Shown here in pieces: positions 41,157-54,070 of a DNA stretch of 64,000 nt (positions are counted from its first letter, which is position 1; each line of letters starts with the position of its first letter). Origin of the DNA: Kudoa neothunni. Taxonomy: Eukaryota > Animalia > Cnidaria. A program made the translations under genes and the position numbers. The DNA lies in the NCBI GenBank assembly GCA_964304625.1, contig OZ199838.1:2043129-2107128 (forward strand). The letters are read 5' to 3'. The notes under the pieces were generated by a model, which was given only the letters and a program-made list of their open reading frames with translations, searched no databases and was not told where the DNA came from.

Positions 41157-44100
41157 GGGATTGGCTACTCCAACGGTGCGGAATATTTTTTAGGTTTCTA
41201 ATGATAATTAAAATCTGATTTCAGATATATGTTTGGCTAATTTTTACCTATAAGAATGTTATTGTCACGGATCCTGTATCCATTAATCTCCATTATATAC
41301 TATGAAAGGAATTACGACTGTTAATTACTTATCATATAATACATTCGACGGCTACCATTAAATTGTGTCTCCCTTAGAGCGAACAAATAAAAAGTCTCCA
41401 CGACAGTTATGTTTTTCATGAAAAATTTTGTGATGAATATTTACACGTTACCACCGTTACAATGCTTGAAATGAAAGGTTTACAGGTGTCATATAAAATT
41501 ATTTAATATAAATATTTCTTTTAATAGTCAAAAATATCCTTTTTTTAGAAAAGATATATTTGTAATCATTTAAACTTCGAATCATTAGGCACTGAGTTCG
41601 CACTTGTCTAAGTCCAACAAATTAGAGTTTGTTGGTAAACAATATATAATATATAGTTTATCGATAAAACATTAAAATATAACAAAAAAATTACCCAAAA
41701 AGATATATTCTATATATATAATTAATTAAATTTATAAAAAAGAATTTTGGTCCACAACCGCGTATATTAATGTCAATGTGGTTTTCGCGTGATTGATGCT
41801 TCAGTTAAATAAAAAATGAATAACCTTAAACTATCACTAACTAAGGTTTTAAAAGTCTAAATTATTAACAAAATGAGACAATCACGTTGGTACTAGAATG
41901 GTCCTATACACGGATTATGATCAACTCACGTTTCACGTTGGACGTGAAGGCACGGCAAATGAAGGAAATCCAGAATTCATTGTAGGAATGAAATTCAATT
42001 CTTACGATGAATTGAAATATAAAATTACCCAATACGAAATCAAAAATCGTTGTAATATAAAAGTAAGGGATTCAAGAAAGATTTCCAGTGCTCAAAGAAG
42101 TTATAACAGGACTTTTAAACCTGATATTGTTTATTACGAAATAAGGTATGTGTGTTATTTCAGCCTGAGTTACAGTAGAAAAAATTCTGGCGAAAGGAAT
42201 AAAGCAAAATTTAAACAAGGCTGTCCATTCCATAGCAGTCTTCGTGCCAGCTTGGACGGAAATTTTCTAGAGGTTAAATCTGTAAACTTAGGACATAACC
42301 ATCCCTGAAACCCAACTATTTTTGAAAACTTACCTGATCAACGAAAAATTAATTTTAACGATCCATTCTTAGCTGAACTGCTATTTCTCGGGGAAAACAG
42401 GAAAACAATTAAGCTAAAACTAAGACAAGAAAGAAGTATTAATGTCATTGAAATCACTTCACAACGTTAAAAATTCTTCCTCCTGCGAAATAAAAGATGT
42501 TAGCTAGGTTATAAAGCTTCTTAAATAAAATTATAAGTGCGAAGTTAAATTATTGGCCCCTGAAAATTCCCTAAGCGGGATATTTTTTACCGATGAAAAA
42601 ATAAAAAATGTAATCAACTACTTTCTAGAGGTTATGTTCATGGATGCCGCATATAAACTGCTTAATTCAAGGTAGTTAATAATTTGAACCGACTAGTTTA
42701 TTAGTTTAAAGTTCCGCTTTACGTAACAGCAACACAATACTCGTGTGATCAAATGCACATTACAAGTGCGTGTATACTATATTAGGAAACCGAAAAAAAA
42801 ACAATTAAATGGTTTTTACATGAGCTAATAGATGGTGCTCATTGTTTAAAGTTCAAATTTTCGATAATAGTCACTGATGAGGATCGCACCCTAAGAAAAT
42901 GTGTAAAAGAAGCTTTTAATGCAGCATCCCTGATCATATGTAGATTTCACGTTAATCAGGCCTTCCAAAGAGAAATCCTTCCAAAAAAGTATATAGCTAA
43001 TATTGAAAAGAAAAATTCACTTCTGGCAACTCTTCAAAAATGATGTGTGCAACGTCCAAAACCGAATATGATGAACTGAAAGTCGAGCTTTTCCTACGTG
43101 GTGTTACTGAATTCAATTCATATTTTGAAAAAAATTGGAACCCCATAGCTTAAGTATGGGTTATTGGTTTGAGTTCAGCCAACAATTATTTCAATAACGC
43201 CACTAACAATCGACTAGAGGCAATGAATGGACAGCTCCAAACTGTTGTTACAAAATTCTCGATTCTTGAGGATTTTTTCTGATATTTAGAATCCATTAGA
43301 ATTGAGAGGAAAAATAAAATTGTTTCAGATCTTATTAAACCTCATTCAGTGATAAGTGAAACATACAATGGTTATAATAAATTACTTACTCCGTTTGCGG
43401 CAAATATAACTTTGTCAAAAATGGAAAAGCTCAATAGTTTAAAGGATTATTCATATAATAAAAATATCAACACATGTAACTGTCCCCAATATCTATCATT
43501 CAACTTCTCATATGTACATATTTTCCATCAAAGAGCGTTAAATGTAGTCGAAATGTTCGATGAATCTTTGCGACGTCGTCGATGGACTATGGACGCGACG
43601 ACATGTTTCTGAATTTTTAAGTACATTTACGATGAGAAATAATACGTTAAAGTCAGAAAAGCCAATCTTAACAGTTAAAGCAAAGGATTCGATTCAAAGT
43701 TTCTCTCATAGACTCAGATTATCTTCAACTTACACAAATAATTTAGCAGCTACGTCAGCTGAATTTTGTGGAAACTTCTACGAAATATGTTTAGATGCTT
43801 ATACAGAGTTAGAAAATATTATTATTAAACATAACGATAAAAAAACTGACTACTGTGATAAAACTAAGTAGATGACATTTTATACACAAATAATGAGTAC
43901 TTTAGTGAAACATGATTGCAGCGATGAAGATCCAGTAAATATAGCTAGTTGCGTTAACTCTGTAATTGAGTTGTCGAGTAAATTAATTGATATGGTATTA
44001 ATCATAATTTCTCTTATTTATAGATGAGCCCCAAGTTACGACAGATGAAATAATGGTATCTTTTCCGTAATTTCTTAAATTAACAAAATTAGATGAAATT

Positions 44101-44836
44101 TTTCAATATAATTCGACGCAATCCGAGAAATTAATACCTGAAAAATTCAAGGATAGAATTTTAAGAACTACAAAATATTAGTTTAAATTTGCATCTCCCT
44201 TCTGAAATAAAATCCATAGGAAGGCCGAAACGAAGCAGAGTTGCTGCTATTGGGCATCCAAAGAAGCAAAAAAGCGGACAAAATCAAACAAATTCGAATA
44301 TATGAACAATAGAATTCTCGAAATAAGACATTTCGTTGTTGTTTACTCGATAACTTCGTTTTTTAAACATACCTCGCGCGAAGCCTAACTTATACAACTT
44401 TTCAAATTCATTATTTAAAAATTACATTATCTTATACGTTATAACGGAAAAGATATCATAAATGGTAAAATTTAATTCAACTTGTGTTGAAATATGCTGT
44501 GCCAATACCTGAAGCAGTCAATCACAGCCTATATCGTTAGCGCGCATCTATCAAAAGCGTAGCGTGAATATCATTTCATTGGTATCGAAGCGTACATTTT
44601 CTGACATCAGAAATAAAAATAATAGTTCAATTCTATAATAGGCTATACAAATAATTGGTATAAAATAATATTTAAGTGGAAAAAAAGCGATTGCAAAATG
44701 TAAATATTCATCATAAAATTTTTCGCAAAAACAAAATTCTTATGGGTAAAAATTAGCTAAACACATGTCTGAAATCAGATTTTAATTATCATTAGAAACC
44801 TAGAAAATATTCTGAATCGTGAAAATAGCTAATGCC
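41157..44836 (+). mobile_element. Mutator-like (MULE) transposon with decayed FAR1-MULE-SWIM transposase
   Basis: Long (>100 bp) TIRs, e.g. TAGGTTTCTAATGATAATTAAAATCTGATTTCAGA and its inverse at ~44770-44803. The 9-bp TSD is TTTTTTGAT/TTTTATGAT. Motifs HNHP, FMDAAYK, TDED...CRFH, TNNRLEAMN and SWIM-like CNC...YVH. Many stops and frameshifts. Confidence 0.88.
41263..41405. mobile_element. Solo LTR (143 bp) inserted in the left MULE TIR
   Basis: TGTCACGG...CCACGACA termini, a perfect 5-bp TSD (GTTAT) on both sides, and an internal AATAAA. Removing it restores continuity of the TIR match. Confidence 0.75.
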
Positions 44837-45812
44837 TTTTATGATCGATAAAGATCGGTTTCTGACGAAAAGGAACGTTGGAGAATTAGAAGGATGCGAA
44901 GTGATTTGATTAATTACAAGGGGTGCCGGGTGGTTCGAATTTCTAAGATTTCGCGCGCAATATCGCGGAGGGATAAATACCGTAAATCAACTATAATGAT
45001 AAATTATTTTTAAGGAAATTACTCAGTTATAGTAAAATTTTTAAGTTTTCTGACAATTATATTGTATACTTCTAGTTCTGTATTCGTTTGATGTTTAATC
45101 TATTTCGACTAATGTCTTAAATCAGACAAACGAGAGGTGCCATTTTGAATGGAATAATTTATCGTTCTCTATCGCCAGATATACAAAACTTGTCATCCCA
45201 TGGAAAGTTACCATCACATATAAAATCACTAATATTGGCGTCGTTTTCAATATTGTTTCCGCCCATACTGTCGCTAGTTTTTGAAAAACTTTATTATGTC
45301 ATATTTCTTTTTTAATGTTTTAACTCAATTTTAATTTCTGTCCTCCATTTCGCTACTAGTCGAAAACGAAAATCTCAATGCACCTGAAAAGTTGCGAACA
45401 ACACGTCACTACAAAATAATCCATAAAAAATATAATTAATTAATTTAAAAATATTTTATTTATATTCTTAACAGTCAAATAAATGTTTTTAAATAGCTTG
45501 AGAAATAAATAACTTATTATAATCTTATATGAACGTTAATTTTGTAACATTTTCTCAAATTACACATCACCCACTGTACTTGGTGGAATGGAACGATTTA
45601 AAAGCCATTGAGGATTCACACGCCTGTAAAAATTGCAAAGGACTTAACGACTTTTTGGAAATACAATCTGATAGCCTTAATATGGCTTAACTTATCGTTA
45701 AATTTTTAATTGATGCTCTTACTGTGTTGTATGATTTCTCCAAATTAATAGAAACAAATGAGAATATTACATCACGGATTTTTGAATCGATGAACGATGA
45801 TTCTGTACTTAG

Positions 45813-47361
45813 CCCTCTAAGGATTTTGGGATAAATTTTACCCCAAGGAGATTTTGTATTCATTATATCTTTTTATTTCATGCATTAAATCTCACCAAAT
45901 TTTCAATATTTCTGGGACTTTTAATGATTTACTTTTACCAAACAAATAGAAAAAAACAAATGAAAAGAAAAAGTTTTATTTAAATAGTATCCTCTAACGT
46001 TTTTGGGGGTAAAATTCACCCCACTTTTCTATTACTTTAATGTAATGAGTATCTTGTAAACAATCAAATAATTAATTATTAGTCAAATCCAACGGGTAGA
46101 TTTGAAGAAAACAATGAACAAAATGACTAGTTACTGCAATGCGCCTGCGCGAATAGTGCATCATTCTAAATGAATGACGCGAGTGATTTCACTGACGAAT
46201 ACACCACATCTGGAAACGAGTGTGACGATCAATTTATTGATGAAAGTGATATATAGGACGAAGAAATAGATCATATAGATATTAACTATAATAATTTAAA
46301 AAGTAAAAGTGAACTTATTTGGAGTTTACCAAAGTAACCTACGAGGAACACCTGTGCCGAAAATATAATGAATTCCATCCTTGGTACCACTTCATATGTT
46401 GTATCAAAAATACAATCATTCATTGATTGGTTTTTGTTATCTTTTACCTAAGAAATCGGTAGTATTATCATAAAGTATGCAAAAATGTGCTTGGAAATCA
46501 TTATTTCAACGATGAATGACATGATGCCAATGAAATTGAATTTGAAGGTTATGTAGGCCTTCTAATACTAACAGCTATTCGTTAGGAAAGACGAGTACCA
46601 CTGATAATACTATCGTGGATGCGTCTAAAAATTTAAAACCTCATACGATAATGCATTACAAAACAACCAAGGGTGGGGTTGATAATGTGGATAGAATGTT
46701 GGCATCAATTTCTACCTAGATGTTTGAAAGAAGATGGCCGCTTGTCGTCTTTTCGACATGATTGATATCTCGTTGATTAATTGCATTAGCATTATTTAAT
46801 AACATGTTTAATTCAGAGAAGAAATTAAGGAGAAACTTTCTGAAAGAGATTTCTGAAGAATTAGACAATTCGCCGTGAATAGAAGAACCTCCAGAAAAGT
46901 TATCAACAGAAATTTAAATAAATCTGATATTCGAATAACGAACCAAGTTTAAATAAGAAATCGCCACGCTGAGATTATTGTGAAAGATAAAATGATAAGA
47001 GAAACTCTAAATGGTGTCATCACTGATGCAAATTTTATTTTTTCACTCATACTTCGAAATTCTTTTGAAGTGCCAAAATTAAATGCTGCGCTTATTTTTG
47101 TTATTTTTAATTTTTTAATGAGTCTTTATTTGCTGATAACGTTATTTTTAGTTTGTAAACGCTTCCGAAAAACGTCGATATATCCCGATAATGTCGTAAT
47201 CGAGATTAGTTCGAGATTATTTGGTGTGATAAATAAAATATTCCAATGATTCTACTCGATTATATGTAACAATTTTTGTACACACATCGGCGCAATAAAA
47301 TGTGGGGTAATTTTAACCCCTAAAGTGTTACAGGGGTAACTTTTTTGAGATCGTTAGAGGG
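45813..47361 (+). mobile_element. Internally deleted piggyBac element
   Basis: TTAG|CCCTCTAAGGAT ... ATCGTTAGAGGG|TTAA, with subterminal TTTTACCCCA/TGGGGTAATTTT. Transposase remnants YKTTKGGVDNVDRM and RRWPLVVF. Confidence 0.85.
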
Positions 47362-47365
47362 TTAA

Positions 47366-48041
47366 CAGAGATAATTTGATCAAAAATCATAAAGATATTA
47401 TCAACTCCGTTCCATTTGAATCTTGAAATAATTTGATATTTAAATGTGAAAATTTATGTGATGCCACAAAAGAAGCAATTAATCGATCAATACTCAGAAA
47501 TTTTAAGGAAATTTTCCTTCTCTTTAAAGTTTTCAAACGGTGAAATATATTGACCCAAATACTCCAATTACTATTGATAAATTAATTGTTGATGGTCTTT
47601 ATTACTTTTTAAAAGATAAAAAGAAGATTGAGGTTAATAACGAGTACAACATGTTAAGTAAAATGATAAAAGATTCAACTCGACGCTCAAAAATTGATTC
47701 CCGAACAAAAGTGTGGAACGCTTGCCCCACTCTTTCTTGACTATCAAGATATATTTATGCTACGAGTTTCATCTATTGATGTTGAAAGGAGTTTTTCAAA
47801 ATTACGAAATATATTTGGATAAGAAAGGATCAATCTTTGTGATGGGAGCCAAACAATGCTCCGAATACTTGATTTTAATGGTCCATTATAACTAAAATTA
47901 AAATTCTACAATCCATTTTTATAAATTATAATTTTTTTCTAAAATAAAGGTCGATAAAATTCGAATTATAAATTTCGTTTATTTCGGTCCGTAAAAACCG
48001 TCGATTTGGGGAAAAATAAACGTCAAAACCAGCATGCCCTA
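47366..48041 (+). mobile_element. hAT transposase C-terminal remnant (probable host of the piggyBac insertion)
   Basis: Dimerisation-domain motif SIDVERSFSKLRNIF at ~47770-47820 and a terminus ...CAGCATGCCCTA. A possible upstream part lies at ~45550-45810. Confidence 0.5.
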
Positions 48042-48158
48042 ATTATAATTAAGATTATCTGTTGAAATAGCCGCTGTCGTTCATCTTATGAATTTAATGA
48101 GATAAAGACCCCTTAAATTACTCCTGTGATATTTCTTTAATCGTATGTAGCTTATAAC

Positions 48159-48246
48159 TAGGGATTGTAGTTTTCGACGTTGATTTTTAAAAAATTCCAC
48201 AACTAAATCGACTAAAATCGATTTTAATCGAAAACTACGATCTCTA
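48159..48246. mobile_element. 88-bp hAT MITE
   Basis: TIRs TAGGGATTGTAGTTTTCGA / TCGAAAACTACGATCTCTA with a perfect 8-bp TSD (CTTATAAC). Confidence 0.8.
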
Positions 48247-50081
48247 CTTATAACGTTAAACTCGAAAGTGGTTTAAAAATGGAATTATGATTTGCTATAT
48301 CATACAATTATGAGGTTATTATAACTTCATGGTTTCATAAATATTATTTAAAATTAGATAGATATACAGTGACTTATGTGTCGTTAGTAATCAAACAAAA
48401 ATTTAAAAAACTAGATTATGTTTTGAACAATTAGCATAATTATTTAGTTTATAATGGTATTCAAGGTAGATCTTGCTTTTTATATCATTGATCATTATTT
48501 CAAATTTAGCGATGGATTTACTAGCTACTTTTGGATAATATTTCATAAATTCAGCTATTGGGGTAGAGCTACAAATTTTATACCACCTGTTGACGCACAA
48601 GCCATAATTGCGCACCACATAAAATGCATAAAAACCATTGATAATGTAATTTTTCGGAAGTAAAATTGAATTAATATGTTACTAATATTATCAAGTTTAC
48701 ATTGTGTGAGTTAAAATTTCTAGATATTGATTAATTTATGTTTTATTGTGATATTACGTACGACTCATAAGTTACTGTAATATAGATTACGGCTTTTATC
48801 GTTGTTCGATAATTAAGAATATAATGCCAAATGACTATATGCTAATATTGGAAATGGCTATTGTCACGGCAAATAATACTACGGTGTCACAGGTTTTGAC
48901 TACATATGATAATTTCTGGCCCATAAAAGCAAAGCGATGGGATAGAAATATTTATATATATATATAATATATATATCAGATTCTTAAAAATTGAATCTTT
49001 TAGCAGCTTGTTATTAAGAGCTTTTACAATTAAAATTTCCATTGTGTGTGCGTATGTGCGGTTTAGGATTTAATTTTATCGTGCCAGTAGCCTCTGCCTA
49101 TTATATATTAAAATGTGTCTTTTAATTATTGGAAATAAATTCTAATTTAACACCTATAAGTAAACATTGAATCTAGTGTACTCGGGTCGCGTTTTTTAGT
49201 ATATTCTAAAAAGAAAAAACTATAAAAATCAAACCTAAGTCAACATTTTTATATATTACATTTTTATATTTACACAAAGATCCTTTCATAATATTTTCGG
49301 TAATAAGCTATAGATTATTATCTTCTGTATATAAAATCAATTTTAGTATAAGTATCCAGAAGTACGCTTGTGCGATAATTCTTATTATCATTATCGGATA
49401 TTTATCAAACTTTAATAGTTCAAGATATTTTAAATATTGTTTTGTCGTTACGCCACCAAAGACCACAAAAGTACTTGGAAAGTACCGAGGTCGCAGATTT
49501 TAAATTTGATAAGCGAATTACGAAATTTCAAAAAGGGAAAGACTATTGTCATGGGAAATTTTAATTCTAAACCGCATGTATACATACGCGATGAGAATTT
49601 TAAATCCTAACAACTCTTACTCACAAGCTGTATTCCACTATTTCTGGACCATATGAGCAAAGCAGTGTGTCAGAAATAAATAAATATAGTCAAAACCAGT
49701 GGCGCCTGAATATTATTTACTGTGTCAGCAGCAACTTCCATTATAGTTTACATCCACCAACAAGGGTATTAAATGCTCAGTAAAAAATTTATCTTCTAAC
49801 TAAATAGTTTTTGATATTTTTAAAATAGTCTCAATTTTATTTTCGTTAACGACAATGATCAAAAATATTTTTTTAAACGATTTCAAGAGATTTTTCAACC
49901 AAAAATATTTCTGATCCTAGGCAAAGCGGCGCAGTTTCCTCTAGTGTCAAAAGTTGGTTCATTCATGATTATGTTAGAAATAACACAAAATTGACTCTCG
50001 AAATAATATTCTAAAGAATACGAACTTTATCTAATACTACTATAATTCTTTTATTAATTTATTCACTGTAAGTAATGACGA

Positions 50082-52230
50082 TTAAACTATGTTGATAGAC
50101 TTGATTTCATGAAATATTGGAATATTGTGACCATATATAATGGCTCTAACTTCATGAAAACCTTTTTTATTGGGGGCGACATTGAATGTGGCATCAACAG
50201 GAGCATCTTTAGCGACCCTCCTAAGGAAAACAATTCATTCAATAAATAAAAATTGTAATAACTGTATGTGCGTCTTTTGTTTTTTATCTGAAAAATCAAT
50301 TTTAAGCAAAACTTTAACGTTTAACAAGTCCGTAGGCAAAGGATTCTTCATGTGAACACAAACTTCAAAACTTTCACCTACTGTTACCTTTTCCGGTAGA
50401 ATTATATCAAACGAGGGAGTTATAATAGATAGGCACAATTCTTGTTTGAATAGAGAATCCCCATCAGTGACAAACACCTTCGACTATTACTGAGCATAAA
50501 TCCGTTTTTATCATTCGAAGAATATCGGTTGCGTTAACTTTGAATGAGCATTTATTTTCTATCAGTTGTTTTTAGATTAATCTTCTGGGTGAATATTTCT
50601 TTTAAGAGAATGTTTGGATGCTGAAAAATATGGCATTTTATCACTACGTCCAAAGTGTTTTCTGATGGACGAAATATATCAACGATCGCATTCAAATCTT
50701 CTCCCATAATTATGTGATCTTTTTTATTCGTGGTTTTCTATGCGAATAACATCCAATTTAGGTGTAGAATCACCTACCTTCCCATCAGCATTTAGTCGAG
50801 CCATCACATCCATAAGTGAACCATCTTTGTATTTGTAATTGTCGGAGATATCGTTTCTCATATTAGAACCAATTGCCTTGGTGCTGATCCTGTGACCTAT
50901 CCTTGAGTTATCAACCCTAAATACCTTTTTCTTGCCGTCGACTATTTTCTTATGGATTACATCCCCATTCACTTCGCTAAATATATACCTGGCGTCATGA
51001 CCAATCTTTAAATCCCCTGCTTTAATAGCAGCTACCGGTGCTGGGCCACAAGTGTATCTTCCATCATTACTAGCTTCTTGAGGTGTGGCGTCACATACAT
51101 GCCATCCGTTGTATTTTTCCACTCCAGGGCACTCCATGTAGATTTCAGTCCAGCAATGGAAATTCCAAATACTGTCAACTGTGAGGTCTTTAATTCGATT
51201 GAATTCATTGTCATAATACACTTCCATATCGAGTGTGTCATCACTATCATGTAAGCAATCGAAACAGGTAATTACTCGGCAACCAATTCCAACCAAACGG
51301 AAAACTAAAACATAAATTTATTTTCGCTTGAATTATTTGGAATCTATTCGGTGATAAGTACGTGAGCATAGCACAGCAGCAAACGTAAAACATTGTCCAT
51401 ATTTACTGGTCGTTTATCTTTGTTGTATTTTTCAAAGATAGCTTTTGATCCAGACCAAAATGAAGGTGATTTACCATCGGAATAGTTGGAATCCCATCTG
51501 CCGACAAGAATACCATTATCGTCTATATTGTTGACCAGAGCGGTTAGTTCTCTTGCTAGAAGGAAAGCGCTTGATCTTAATGGTTTGGGGATCTTTCTCA
51601 GTAGAAATATTAGCGTTTCAATAGTGGGTCTGCTAAATTGATCCACCGACCATTCATTTCCACCTATCGATCCTCTGCTACCATAAAATACCATTGTTTT
51701 CGGGTTGAGGATATATTCCTCCCTATCAGTTTCTTGGGGCATATACACTTCATCGTCTAACACAAGTAATTAATTATTGTATCCTCATTGCATAGTGTAT
51801 AAAATAGGATTAAAATTACTGGAATTCCATGGATTGAATAGTATCAGAAAACTTTTTGTTTCCAACATTCTTCCCAAATGCATTGCAGCTAATTTGTATT
51901 GACCAGGCTCACAATCGCTAGGCGTTTCCAAACGATAGCTGTACTCTTCGTTGACTTTTCCGGCAAACTTTAAATTCCACATGAATTTTGAAACTTTTGT
52001 TGAGTTGTATGACTATGTTCGTATTCAGTCCAGCAAAATTTTAATTTAAATACTATTTTATTTTTGCTTATGGGGGAACCGTTCACCATCATGTGGATCT
52101 TTATTTCTTTAGTTTGTTTCTCATTTTTAGGAAACAATTCTTCTTTGATTGTAAATTCGTATATCTCTCCACGACGAACAACTGGATTGTCCCATTCGAA
52201 GTTTCCTTTTGAAGTATTGCCAATTACCAT
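50082..52230 (-). pseudogene. Transglutaminase, copy C, with four single-base frameshifts
   Basis: Same exon structure as the other copies and all triad codons present (YGQCF, WNFHCW, CDATPQE). The frame breaks at ~51403 (-1) and at ~50735, ~50557 and ~50477 (+1 each). Confidence 0.75.
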
Positions 52231-53414
52231 TTGGATCTCCTATAAACACTTTCTAATGATTAATAATTAATCTTAAATACTATATAATACTAAAGCCTTC
52301 GTATTAGTAAACGAAAAAACATATATTATTAATCTTAAACGATGAATCACCCACGTTAATGTATAATATCAAACGTTATATTCAGCCAACCAACGTGATA
52401 TATCTTTTCTCGATAGCATAAACTTGTTTTTATTTTGCAGATCTTTGTTTTGTTGAAGAACCTGCATAATCCACCAGATGCTGTCCGCCCCAATTAGGGA
52501 ATAAGCGGCATATGTTAGAAAATATAATAAACATATTTAGTATTAGTTTAGCACGCGTGTTATAAAAATAATGAGTATAGCGAGTGTCTATTTTTTGACA
52601 TTATGAACTATTACAAAACAACATATTTAAATATCTAAAAAATAATTGTACCTTTATCAACTCAAATAAAACATTTTTATAATCTTCCAGGTCGAAAAAG
52701 CATTGTATATCTTCCTCACTGGCTTATGTATTAGATAAAATCTATGACAATAGAAAATGCGTTCAGAAATTAAGAAAATAAAATTAAAATTTTGTTCCAA
52801 TAAAGGAATCAGTTGATATATCATCCATATAATCCTATAGGCTTTTGGTAGCTTAATATGAGCAAAGGTATGATTCATTGTTACGAAAGATCATACATTT
52901 ATTTTACGATAATTAAATTTTATGGTCATTATATTTACTTAATAAGATCATGCTCAATATATTCATTTTTATCGATCTTGTATCACCATTATCATATGCC
53001 ATTAGTTTCTTGTAATAGCTAATATAAACCCTTTATATCAATGTTCCCAACCTGGGTCGGCATATTGATTAAAGTCGGTCAGTGAGAAAGTCTTTACTCT
53101 AAAAAATTAGTCTTCGTGAATTCTTGGTTATAATAAAACCTAACTTAAAAAACATAACTCTAGAACAATAATAATATATTAATATAAATATACGTGGCTA
53201 ATATAGTCAGGAGTTCCTATTCATTTAGTTTAGCTAGTCGGGATTCCGTAAACCAGAAAGTTTGGAAAACGGTTCCCTGGCGAAATTGATCATCTATCGC
53301 TACCTATTTCGTTGCGGAAAACTCCCTGTTTTCTCATATACTCGAATGATCCTTCTAATAATATTTGAAATATTATTACTAAAATTCTAATAGTTCATCT
53401 TTAACCCTCTAAGG

Positions 53415-53550
53415 CAGGGTTCGGGAACCTTTTTTGATGAGAGTGCCACAAAGACCCATAAATTTTTTAAATTGAAAATTTGTCTGCGAACCAAAAGCAA
53501 CCATCTAAAGAGCCACATCTGGTACGTGAGCCATAGGTTCCCAATCCCTG
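53415..53550. mobile_element. 136-bp hAT (Charlie/Buster-like) MITE inserted in a piggyBac terminus
   Basis: CAGGGTTCGGGAACC ... GGTTCCCAATCCCTG with a perfect 8-bp TSD (CTCTAAGG). The target is TTAACCCTCTAAGG, the same end sequence as the piggyBac at 45813. Confidence 0.85.
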
Positions 53551-54070
53551 CTCTAAGGTATCAATAAATGAACTACCTCCAAAGATTTTGGAGTGAAATT
53601 CACCCCAGAGTTTTTTTAAGCAAATTTAAACAAAAAATTGTAATAAATTTATTCCTAAAACATTATATGGTTTGACACATTATATTCAGAGAAAAAGTGT
53701 CATTACTTACATTACTAATCCACATAAAACCTTATACGGCGTAAGTCTCCAATTCTTCGGCAACACACAAAGGTAAAAATGTAACTGTTATGTATTTTAT
53801 TTTATTTTAATCTATAACTTAATTTTTTTAACATAATGAATTAATATAAAATTCATTTTGAACAAAAAAACACATTTTTTGGATGAATAATCCTTTCTAT
53901 ATATATAAAGTTGTAGTGTCCGTGTGTGTGTACGCACAAATCCTCCTCATACAGAGACTTTTTGAACTATTTGAGATTGTTTTTGTATTATAAAAAATAA
54001 GAAATTAACTACAAAAAGACAACGAGGTTGTCTGATTGCCTACAAAGTGGTGAATTGATAATGTCAACTT

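Noticed and set aside
48403-48663. Short overlapping ORFs here and at 11700, 15169, 22960, 35090, 52657 and 57792
   Set aside because: They have no recognisable motifs or exon chains and are consistent with chance ORFs in AT-rich or TE-derived DNA.
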